Assembly (NCBI RefSeq): GCF_000143415.4
Contig: NW_003314327.1
Coordinates: 644,775 to 708,774 of the forward strand
Length of the DNA stretch: 64,000 nucleotides
Reading direction: 5' to 3'
Origin: Selaginella moellendorffii
Taxonomy: Eukaryota; Plantae; Lycopodiophyta
Shown: positions 12,510 to 23,028 of the stretch, in pieces
How the letters are laid out: each line of letters starts with the position of its first letter
Numbering within the stretch: position 1 is the stretch's first letter
The notes under the pieces: model-generated
Told to the model about the DNA's origin: nothing
Databases searched by the model: none
Seen by the model: the letters and a program-made list of their open reading frames with translations, nothing else
Program-made: the position numbers and the translations under genes

Positions 12510-15500
12510 ATGGTAAGTCTTTTAGACGAAGTAGAAAATGGCATGAGGCCACATGCCATTCAGTAGCAACATTGGCATGCACCGATTGGGCTCTCGAGTG
12601 CAGTCCGGTTACAGATGGCGTGTAGCCTCACGCCATCTTAGGATGCAGCCTCAAGACATCTGATGCAGTGGTGAATGGCGTGTGGCCTCACGTTATTTCC
12701 AGCTGCTAGCTTTTCATCTGTCAGCTCTAATAGTTGTGCATTTTTGAACAGGCGAGGAATTGCGTTCTTCTTCCAGCCACTGTCAATGTGGATGCAGAGA
12801 AGGGGGAGGAGCTCACCAGTTGGACTTTCGGGATGGAAGGCGAGGATCTGATGCTGTACAACACAGATGGTGGGAGAAAAGAATGCATGGGGATCCTCAT
12901 CCAAGTGACAGACACTCCATGCAGTTCCATGCAAGAATATGGACTGGCACTTGTGGTAGAGACAACGTCCGCCTTCAAGATCCACCTTGCACATCCTAGC
13001 GGCTTCCCGGAGGGGGGCAGCGGCTATGAGGAATTCCTAGAGGGAGCTAGGGAGAGGTTGTCCAGGAGGCCCACAATTTCAAAGACGCTGTGGGTCTATG
13101 AAAATCACATGGAATCCACGGACCTCACCTACGGCGATGTTCAAAAACTATATTCCAACATTGAGCCGTTGAGAGTGCCTCCAGTTCGCGAAGCGAAGGG
13201 GAAGGGGGTCGATCTAGAAACTACCCCGAAGCAAAAAAGGGTGGTCAAGCTCAAGCCGACGTCCGACTCTCTTGCAGCTCCAAAAAAGAAGCTACTCGGT
13301 GATGCCATTGCCTCGGGTTCGAACACTACACCCACCAAAAAGAAGAGCCGCAAAGAGCAGAAAGAGCAAGAAGAGGCAGCAAAAATCGTCGCAGATAATA
13401 GTACTTGTTACTATTCCAACAAAGTATATACAATCGACGTGAGCCGTATCGAGATCCAAAGCAAATACAACCACAGGCTAGTATCTGATGAGTGGGTGGA
13501 GAAACTGAAGCAGAAGATGCTGGCAAGTCCAGTAACACCCGACATCGCAGACGTGATCCCCTACTACCGAACAATGAAGGGCGAGACGAGGTTTCCAGAC
13601 TTGATCAATAGGAAGGTGTTGGACGATCAGAACATCCGGTTCTATGCCGTCTCCGGGCAGCATTCTAGCTTGGCGATGCAACAGATAGTTGTGGATATTA
13701 TGGTGGGCGAGGAGGTGAAGAAAGTCTTCAAGACAAGAGTTGTCCGCCTGATAAAAGGCAACTCGCCCCTCCGATCTATCATATACATCTCCCACGCGCA
13801 GAATGTCAAGCAAAAAACGTGCTACAAATCGGGTCTGCACGAGACATTGGCACGAACACGGAAGCTCTGGGTTCAACTGAAGAAGCCACAAAAACCAGGA
13901 CAAGGACGTGCACTAGCAACTAGCGCCTGGCAGGTAAGCCTCGTTGCATGTGGCATAGCATGTGGCCTCACGCCATTTCCATTGCAGGAATTCTCGAGTC
14001 TTCTCTCGAAAACACTGGGGGTCAATGACACACTCAGCATCCATAACATTCTACTCGCGACAAAAGTTATTTTTGACAAATGGGTAGATGTGCTAAGGAG
14101 GTACCATGACGGGGAGTTGTTAAACTCAATGGGTGTGGAGGACGGCCGGAAGCCCAATGATTTGAAGCTCAACGCCTTGCGTTTCTCGCGGTCTCTAGAC
14201 GACGACGACCTTCTGACAGTGGCTAATGCTCTTCTACTTGGTGAGGTAGTCTTCAACAAGACCAAAATGACTCCCGGCCATATTGTGACATACGAGGACT
14301 TGTGCACGACTCTGAGAGCTCGTGCGCTATTGAAGGATTGGATCTTCGAGCAAGTGGCCGTGGCGAGGGTGAGCATCGACACCACGCAAGAGATGATGGA
14401 AGAGCTGGACTTGTCAAATGAAGACATCGACGAGTACGTGAAGGGGGCCCCCAAGTTCATCGATCTGCTGCGGGATGCCACGAAAAGTAAAGCTGAGAAG
14501 TTGGATCAGTATCCAAATTTCATTAAAAGGGATGTCGACCGCCGGCTTCAGAAACAGCTCGACCCCGCAGCAGAGGCCTATCGAGAACCTTACCGGGTAT
14601 ACGTGAATTCGGATGAGGATCAAAGGTGGAGGAGCATCGTTTCCCGCGGAGATGAGCAAGTCAAGAACATCTTTTGTGTGATGGACTTCACAAACGAGGA
14701 GATCACTCATGCAGACAAAGTCAGCTCCATCATTGACTTAATGGTGGGACTTGCGGAGGTGGAATCTTCAGTCCACTATATGATCTACGACTCCGAATCC
14801 TATCACAAGTTCTGGAAGGCCTTGAACGAGGTGAAGGCTCGGTTGAAAGGCAAGGAGATGCGGGAGATCCATGGGATAATGGCTAAGAAGAAGATACCGA
14901 CGAATGTCCGCATCTTCACAGTCGCCCTTGTTATTGGTCCTGCAGCAGAGTGGGACTGGAGTGACTTCCCAGCTTCGTTCAACAAAGCCGATCGAATTGA
15001 TCTGAGGGAGGTCAATTTACCCGTGCCTGAGGAACTGAAGACGGCTATGGAGCTTTCGAATCCAAAGAAAGCTCCAGGTGCAGCATGGGAAATGCTCAGC
15101 TGGGTCTTCAACGCAATAGCGGGTGACTCCAAGGGCAAATGCGTTGTCGAGTACAACTGCGGCGGACTATTCTTTCGAGCCGCACTACTCAAGGGTGTCC
15201 CGTGTGTTGCGGTGACAAACTCCATTGAAGAGGTGACTTCAATGGAGCATATAATTACAGTTGCCAAAGAAAAACAGTATCTTCTCTACGAACCTGGTGA
15301 GTACGCACTTTAAGTTTAAATGTTATCTCACAAGTTCTGTATGCAGGAGCGTGGCCACCCCCAGATGCTGAAACGGCGTTAACAGCTACTGATGTTAGGC
15401 CGAGGTCACAACCTGCACAAGGTAAGGTCACGTGAGGCCTCACGCCATTTTGATTATAGATCGTTGTGAATATTCAGACACGAGGACTGAAAAGCGCACT

Positions 15501-18088
15501 GGTGGCGCGTCGAAGAAGGACAAACAGACAAGCAATAGGAAAAAAGGAGGTACAAATTATATTTGCAATGGCGTGTGGTCTCATGCCATTCCTTGCAGGA
15601 GACACTTCTTCAAAGGCAAAATAGGCAAGCACCAGCCAAGCTCAAACTGACAGTGGTCATAAAAAGCGAAAGCACGTTGGACAGTCGTCGGGATCAGAGG
15701 CGTTTGATTCGAAAAGGAAGAAGGGCAACGAAAAGATGATAGGTAATGCCTCGCGGTTATGGCGTGTGTGCTCATGCCATTCATTGCAGATCAAGGGCTG
15801 AGTGAAAGGAGCCAGTCACCACCTTCTGACTCAGATTCCTATGGCGGACTCCCCTTCCCCAATCTCAATGGAGAGGTACAATGGATGAGGGATGCTTTTC
15901 AAGTCAGGGCCACGTTTTTCTCATCTCGTCGTCTTCGAAGGGTGCAAGAACGTGCAGAAACCATGTTAAGACAGTCGGGTGAGGATACGGTCCTAGGTCA
16001 CGCACTAAAACAGGCTATGGATGTCTTGTATTTTGAGATGGAGACTCGGCCAGATGATTTTTCCAAGATGGTCCTGGAAAAACAAGCAATCCAGCCTGAG
16101 CAGCCTATGGAAGAAATGCAAGAGGGGGATGAGGAGCCAGAGAAAGATAATGAGCAGGAAGAGCAGAAGGACGAAGAGGAGGACGAAGAAGAGGAGGACG
16201 AAGAAGACTTGGATGGTCCTCACAATGGTGACGATCACAATAACGACGATGACGATGATGACGATGATGGCCAGCCTGAGGTGGCCAAAGAGCAGCGGAG
16301 GAAGGTCATACAAGACAAACCATCAGATAAATAATAGTACATCCATTCCTAACCTTTTACCATTTCTAACATTGTCCATGTAGGTCGCAGAAGAAATGGT
16401 AAGTAGAGATTATTCAGTTGAATTAAGATACAAACTCTAGCCTTTAGTGTCGAGGAAGGATAGTGCCAAGCAAGGGTCGAAACGTATGTCCAATCCTTCA
16501 GAATCAGCAGTGCGCCCAAGTGATATCGGTCCTAGTTCCTCAATAGCAGTTGATGGTAAATACAGTATAGTCGATTCAATGTGCTAATGAGTTTGTTTTT
16601 AGTAGCACGGGAGGATACCATCTCAATCGAAGGGAGATATTTGGACATGCATATGGATCCGCCAGTGGACTCTACTTGCCTGCAAGAGTCATCAGAGCTG
16701 GTGGAGGCTACTATCCATATCAACGCCAAGCAAGCTGACCACGCTCCACTTGATGCTGCCCATACCACTGAGTCAATCTTGTCCACGTATCCAACTGACG
16801 GTGACCAGGCGCCATTGGACCCGCATGAGGCCGCCCCAGCCGCCGAGCCGGTCGTATCCTCATTTCCAACGTGTGCCCAATCGTCTGACTACGCGCCGTT
16901 GGAACCTCCCTACACTGCCCCTGCTGCCTGTTCGGTCATGTCCACTTTGCCAACGGAGGCACCAGCTGAAATGGCGTGTGATCACACGCCATCGGAACCA
17001 CCCCATGCCACTGTTGAGCCAGTTGTACCAGAGTCTACAGCTGAAATGGCATGTGCCCACACGCCATCGGATGCGATTGACCCCACATTGCAGAGGAGAG
17101 TATTTCCGCCCTTCACGTTTCCTCGACCAAAACCCTCTGAACGACCATCGGGAGCACCATTCGCTAATATTGTAGATGGTAAAATTGACTTGTACCATTT
17201 TTTATGCTAACGCATTTCATTTCAGAGTCACGGCGAAAGTACTGTATCGTTTTTGATCTGAACGGTGTCCTTTTCTCCCATGAGCGTGGCTCGTCCTCGA
17301 ATGTCACTGCACCCTCCAAAGCCTGCGGTCGCAAGTTGGTCAAAAGAGACAGATTCACATTAATCACACGGGAGAAACTGCGGGATCTAATAATGACCAT
17401 GCGACACTTAAAACAGAGGGCCGGGTTCAATTTGCAATTGGGAGTTTGGACATCCATGATGCGCCACAATGCATTAACGTTGCTACAGATGATGCACGAT
17501 CAGACGCGAGTAATATTACCATTTGACTTTCTCCTAACGCAGGAGGATTGCTTGACTATGGTCCATGTGAGGGGTAGCAAGCCCATCTTCGTCAAGGCAG
17601 AGGCTGTAGTGATGAACCGGACTGCTAGGTCAAGTGAAATCCTCATCATCGATGACTCGCCGATTAAAACTGCAGCGAACACGCACACATATGCAGTGCA
17701 CCCCATCTCTTGCAGTATGGAAACTAGGGAGAAGAAACCGTATGTTCTGGGGGACCTTGCAAAACGGCTTGAAGCGATGGTGATAGAAAACCGGCCAGTC
17801 CAGGAGGTGGCTGCAGAAATCAACCAAATGGCAGATGGAACGGTATATCAGAAGCCATTTGATCGGACAGACACCAGTCATCATTTATGGCATGTATATT
17901 GTCTAGCCAAGCACTATCCGCATCTCCATAATCTGCTCAACCGGATGGGTTCTTCGACCACTGAACATGAGCGTGGACGTATTAGAGAAGAGATGGCATT
18001 ACTATTGGGTTTAAATCCTGATAGTGTGGAGAGTGATGAAATTCCAAGATTATTGTATAGGCGTTGGAGGCAAAAAATAACAGTCTGA
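12510..18088 (+). CDS. Multi-exon cargo gene: ParB-like domain, degenerate N4/N6 DNA-methyltransferase-like fold, acidic linker and FCP1/NIF-type HAD phosphatase
   Basis: ORF 12734..15313 has YTIDVSRI...NHRLVSDEWVEKLK...FYAVSGQHS and KAPGAAWEMLSWVF...KCVVEYNCGGLFFRAALLKGVPCVAV. ORF 17204..18088 has VFDLNGVL, VWTS and LIIDDSPIK. GT-AG introns include 13934-13987 and 17179-17225, both in-frame joins. The start and the middle exons are only partly resolved. Confidence 0.7.
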
Positions 18089-18523
18089 GATGGCATGTAT
18101 TTATTTAAAAATGTAATTTATTATGGCATGGGGTTCCATGCCATTGTATTAATATTAAAAGACAATTCTTTGAGAGGATTTGCATTATACTAGAAGTGTT
18201 ACAGCATGTTATTGGAAGTCTACGAAGTTGTTTTATTAATAAGGGGAAAGTAAAGATTGAATGGGGACTTGGGCTCCACCTAGACTCGGAGCAACTGAGC
18301 CAATATTAAAAGGATGGAAAGAAATTGGACGACGATGACAAGGAGAAGAGAGAGGTGAAGCAGTGAGAAGTGATTGAGTAGACATTTCCTTGTTTAAAAT
18401 AAAATGGCATGTGCCTCAATGCAGTTGAATTTTGTTATATTTATATACTATATAAAGGTTTGGAAACTTTATTTTACAAGTGGGATAATGACAATTCCCA
18501 CTTTAACGAAATAGAGCTTAAGA

Positions 18524-18717
18524 CTGCTTTTCGTATACCGTTTGGTTTGTACGAGTTCTTGGTAATGCCGTTTGGTTTGAACAATGTTTCAGAAACATTC
18601 CAGCGGATGATGGATGAAGTTCTTTGTGATATGCCAGAGGTGACTGTTGACTTCATTGATGATGTCTTGATTCACTCAGAGGGGACGTGGGAGGAGCACA
18701 TTCATGATGTGTGTAAA
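18524..18717 (+). pseudogene. RT core fragment of family A
   Basis: TAFRIPFGLYEFLVMPFGLNN...FQRMMD...FIDDVLIHS. Confidence 0.93.
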
Positions 18718-19455
18718 TGTGAGACACAAAATCCCTAGGCCCCAAAGTGGAGCCGGAAGGGCACCACATGGTAGTGGCCGAAGCGAGAGCCAAACGAGCG
18801 TAACACGTTTGGACCAAAAGCTCCGACTTGAAAAGTCAAGAGCGGGAGTGGAACTCCCAACGAAGTGCTCAAGGAACGAGCACGAAGCGAGCAAAAGGCG
18901 AGGCTCCAAAAAGGGACCCAAAAGGACCAACACATGACACGTGGGAGTGTCCGAGATGGACTCGAGCTGGAGTCCGAAGTGGAGTCCAAGATGGACCCGA
19001 GTTGGAGTCCGAAGTGGAGTCCGAGATGGACCCGAGTTGGAGTCCGAAGTGGAGTCCGAGATGGACGCGAGATGGAGTCCGAGATGGAGTCCGAAGTGGA
19101 GTCCGAGGTGGACCCGAGATGGACCCGAGTTGGAGTCCGAAGTGGAGTCCGAGATGGACCCGAGATGGAGTCCGAGATGGAGTCCGAGATGGAGTCCGAG
19201 GTGGACCCGAGATGGACCCGAAATGGAGTCCGAGATGGAGTCCGAGATGGACCCGAGATGGAGTCCGAGATGGAGTCCGAGATGGACCCGAGATGGACCC
19301 GAGATGGAGTCCGAGATGGAGTCCGAGATGGACCCGAGATGGAGTCCGAGATGGAGTCCGAGATGGACCCGAGATGGACCCAAGATGGAGTCCGAGATGG
19401 AGTCCGAGATGGAGTCCGAGATGGAGTCCGAAATCGAGACCGAGACCGAGACCGG

Positions 19456-19487
<32 letters not shown>

Positions 19488-20595
19488 TCGGGACCGAGAC
19501 CGAGACCGAGGCCGAGGCCGAGACCGAGCCCGAGCCCGAGTCCGAGTCCGAATCCGAGTCCGAGTCCGAGTCCGAGTCCGAGTCCGAGTCCGGAGCCTGA
19601 GAGGGTGAAAGCCCAAAGCGTTCGTCTCCTAGACCCTGGGGGGTTTGGTGAGCTCCAAACGTATAGTAGGGGGAGGACTGCAGTGGAGCCAGTTTGGCCA
19701 GGAAAGGCCAGTTTGGCCCAGGAAGGCCGGACCCAGTGTTGGGTGATGAGCTGCCCACTGGGAAGTCCAAGACTAGAGTGAACACAGACCGACAAGCGGG
19801 GTAGCTTGGTGAAGTGTTCAAGAGCCGGCTCTAGTTCCCCCGGGAGATCGACTGGCCGATGCTCCCAGTCCAAGTGTGGGTGGCACTACCTACTTGGATA
19901 CCTGGTGTGGCTCAATGGAACCCGCTCTAAGCCCATGGCTAGAGCACCCAAGGGCAGAAGGCGAGGAGAGTACCCAGGTGGCTCGCGTAAGGCCACGGTG
20001 TTCCGAAATGTTGTCCCAAAGGCCCAGACTGTGGAAAGGAAGAGGAGCAGTCCTCTAGGGTAGTGACCAAGGACACAGTCGTGTGGTGAGGAAGTCCCAG
20101 AGGACCGTGGGACTTAGTGGTCGGGCCTGTGGGTCTCGATCCAGTGGCAGTGTTGGCAAACACGGCCAGGGGCAGAAAGGGACTTAGTGGGGACTGACAG
20201 AGGGATATTGGGGAAGGCTATTCCCCTTGTCGGTGGGCATCCTAAGGATGCTAAGGAGTGGATCTGAGATGACCACTCACGGATGGTTTGCCTAGTCTTG
20301 GAGAGCCAAGACGGTGATGCAAGTGGTATTGGACTACCAGTGTGGCAAAGGTGATTGGGCATGGCCTTAGCGTAACGGGCTGCTATGTCGGTGGTACCTT
20401 TGAGTGTCAGTCATGGGATCGGACACGTGGAGCACTTGGACCAAGTGCAAATGTTGAGTGGCATGGATGCCATTCTCGGGGCTAGCAAGTCCCAAGTCCT
20501 AGATTGGATTTATGGAGGTTGTGAATGAGACTCCTCCAAGTGGTCAGAGGTGTGGTTAAGTGACTAAAGTAGAATGGAAAATTTAGTCGCTTACA
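18718..20595 (+). mobile_element. Solo LTR, family B (copy 2)
   Basis: TGTGAGAC...CGCTTACA with a perfect GTAAA TSD at 18713-18717 and 20596-20600. Confidence 0.95.
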
Positions 20596-20600
20596 GTAAA

Positions 20601-22728
20601 GTGTTAGATCGGCGTTGGTTTAAAGCTGAAGCGGTTGAAGTGCATGTTTGGGTCCAAGGATACAACTTATCTTGGGTACCGTATTTCTCATGAGGGTTTG
20701 CAAGTTGATTCTGACAAAGTTGTGGCTGTTCTAAAGTTCCCTACTCCGAAGTGTGTGAATGATGTGCAGCGCTTCTTGGGTAAGGTGCAATATCTTGGTT
20801 GTTTTGTGGATCATCTTTCTGATCGCACTGCACCATTGTGAGTGTTGTTGAAGTCATCAACATCATCTTTCATCTGGTCTCCGGATTGTGAGCGGGCGTT
20901 CGGGGATCTTAAAGAGTTGTTGACGACTCCTCCGGTTTTGGCATATCCTGACTAAACTCAACCTTTTATTTTGCGCGTGGATGTTTCTGACATTGGTCTT
21001 GGAGGTGTGTTGATGCAAGAGAGCTCAAATGTGCCTGGTCAATGCCATCCCATTGTGTATATAAGCCGTACATTACAACCAGCGGAAATGAACTACTCCA
21101 CGACAGAGAAGAAGTGTTTAGCAGTAGTTTAGGGTTTCAAAAAACTTCATGCATATCTACATGGTTCTCAAACGTTACTTGAAGGTGATCATGCTGCTAC
21201 TACTTCATTATTGAAGCGGAAGAACTTGGTTGGTCGTTCTGCTTGATGGGCTTTGAAGTTTCAGATATATGATTTTGATATTGTTCATCGCTCAGTGAGT
21301 TCTATGGCTTATGCTGATGCCCTTTCTCGAGCTCCTCTTCCTTCTTCATTCTCTTCTCATGTTTCTGATGAACCTGTTGTTCCAGCCTCTGTGGATTTTT
21401 TAGACGAGGATTCTGTGCCATCTGCGGTTGCTGTACTTGACGTTTAGTGTCCACAAGGCAGATTTACTTTCTCTTGATGAGGTTCGCGAGGCTCAAAAGA
21501 TTGAGCCATGGATTCGAAAGCTTCGAGATGGGTTTGAGAATCTTGCATCACTTGCTGATGACTTGCCTTTCCGGCATTTACATTCTCAATATCGCCTTGA
21601 AGACGGCCTTCTTTATTTTGTGGGGACGGATCTTGATGATCATTTACGGTTGGTTGTGCCTTCTATCTTTATTCCGCGGTTTCTCCATGCCTACTATGAT
21701 TCTCCTGTTCTAGGTGGGCATATGGGACATTGTCGTGTAATCGAGAAGTTGCGCAGGTCTTTCTATTGGTCGGAGATGTGACGTGATATTATTTGGTATA
21801 TGCGTAGTTGCGTTTGGTGCCAAACTCGTAATACTCCCCCTCGGGCTGCGGAAGAACAGTTGGAGTCAATTGCAGTCTGTTTGAGTTGGTGGCGTTTGAT
21901 CTTATGGGACCTTTTCCATGGTCAACTGCTAGCAATAAGTATGTTATTATTGCTTCTGACTACTTAACTCGTTGGGTGGAAGTTGGTGCTCTTGCTAGTG
22001 CCTTTGCAACTGCTGTTGGATACTTCTTCCTCAATCGAGTGGTGTTCCAGCATTCTTGTCCAAAGCAGATTCTTTCAGATAATGGTCTTGCAATTATGGC
22101 TGAGGCATTTCATATTTTGACGTCTCGGTTGGGGATACGCCACACTTTCATGAGTGCTTATCATCCACAATCAGACGGTCTGGTGGAACGGCTCGTTCGG
22201 ACATTCAAGGGGATGATTGCGAAGTATGTGAACTTTCAGCATTCGGATTGGGATGGTTATTTGCTGTCTCTTCGGTATGCATATGTTACAGGGGTGCAGA
22301 GTTCTGTTGGTGCTTCACCATATAAACACCTATATGGTTATGATCCAATATTACCAACGGAGCTGGGTTTACCTTCGCAATTGCCACAAGCTGCGGATGC
22401 TAGGTCATGGGATCAGTATTTGATGAGCATTCTTCCACTTATCCGGGCGAAGTCTGCCGAACACTTAGGCCGCATACAAGTGGGACAACAACGGCAATAC
22501 AACTCCCATCATCGTCCACCTACGAAGTACAATATGGATGATTTGGTATTAGTCCGTTTTCCTCATCTTACGGTACGTGGTTTATCTAAAGGGCTTCTTG
22601 CACAGTGGAAAGGACCGTATCGGGTGTTGCGACAAGTTGGACCACAAGTTTATGAGGTTCGGCAAGACATCCAGCAGGCCGATCCTCCAGAGATTGTGCA
22701 TGTGCAGCGGTTGAAATGTTTCATGTAA
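20601..22728 (+). pseudogene. RT C-terminus, RNase H and integrase of family A
   Basis: YLGYRISHEG, the RNase H region, integrase GGHMG...CxxC, AFDLMGP, SDNG, GLVER and KGPY. Several stops. Confidence 0.92.
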
Positions 22729-22838
22729 AGGGATCAGGAGCAGTTAATACCACCTACAAATCCACCGATGCCTCCTCCTGACATTCCTCCAGATCCCAGC
22801 CCATCTACAAGAGAACCTTGATTGTCTTCCATTATTCC

Positions 22839-22853
22839 GAGAGGAGGGGATGA
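22839..22853 (+). promoter_or_regulatory. Polypurine tract of family A
   Basis: GAGAGGAGGGGATGA lies immediately before the 3' LTR. Confidence 0.85.
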
Positions 22854-23028
22854 TGTGAGGGCCAAGTGTACAACTACAATGCTGTATACTAATATTAGTA
22901 TAGTGAGATTTTGGTAGCTGTCGGATTGGTTTCAATCTGGACCACTTGCTCCTGTATATAAACTAGGGTTTTTGGGCTAATTGATATGCACATTTCTGTA
23001 TTCCTTTTCCATATTCCATGCACTCACA
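22854..23028 (+). repeat. 3' LTR, family A
   Basis: TGTGAGGGCC...CACTCACA followed by the AATT TSD. Confidence 0.95.

Larger units (their letters stand above)
5274..18519. mobile_element. 13.2 kb cut-and-paste DNA transposon (Sola1-like) with cargo genes
   Basis: Perfect 24-bp TIRs AAGCTCTATTTCGTTAAAGTGGGA at 5274-5297 and 18496-18519. TSD AAGA at 5270-5273 and 18520-18523. Excision restores RT codons GAT ATT CCT AAG ACT GCT TTT (DIPKTAF). Confidence 0.95.
1173..23028 (+). mobile_element. Full-length decayed Ty3/gypsy LTR retrotransposon (family A) with three nested insertions
   Basis: TG...CA LTRs at 1173-1346 and 22854-23028, AATT on both flanks (1169-1172, 23029-23032), a PBS after the 5' LTR and a PPT before the 3' LTR. 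Domain order is gag-PR-RT-RH-INT. Confidence 0.95.

Noticed and set aside
18409-18738. 109-aa ORF as a gene
   Set aside because: It is a chance fusion of the transposon TIR and a host RT fragment.
18950-19430. CRISPR-like repeat array
   Set aside because: There are no unique spacers or cas genes. It is a contiguous minisatellite in a eukaryotic LTR.
3353-20595. LTR copies 1 and 2 as the two ends of one 17-kb element carrying the transposase
   Set aside because: Each LTR has its own TSD, and host RT sequence continues on both sides of each.
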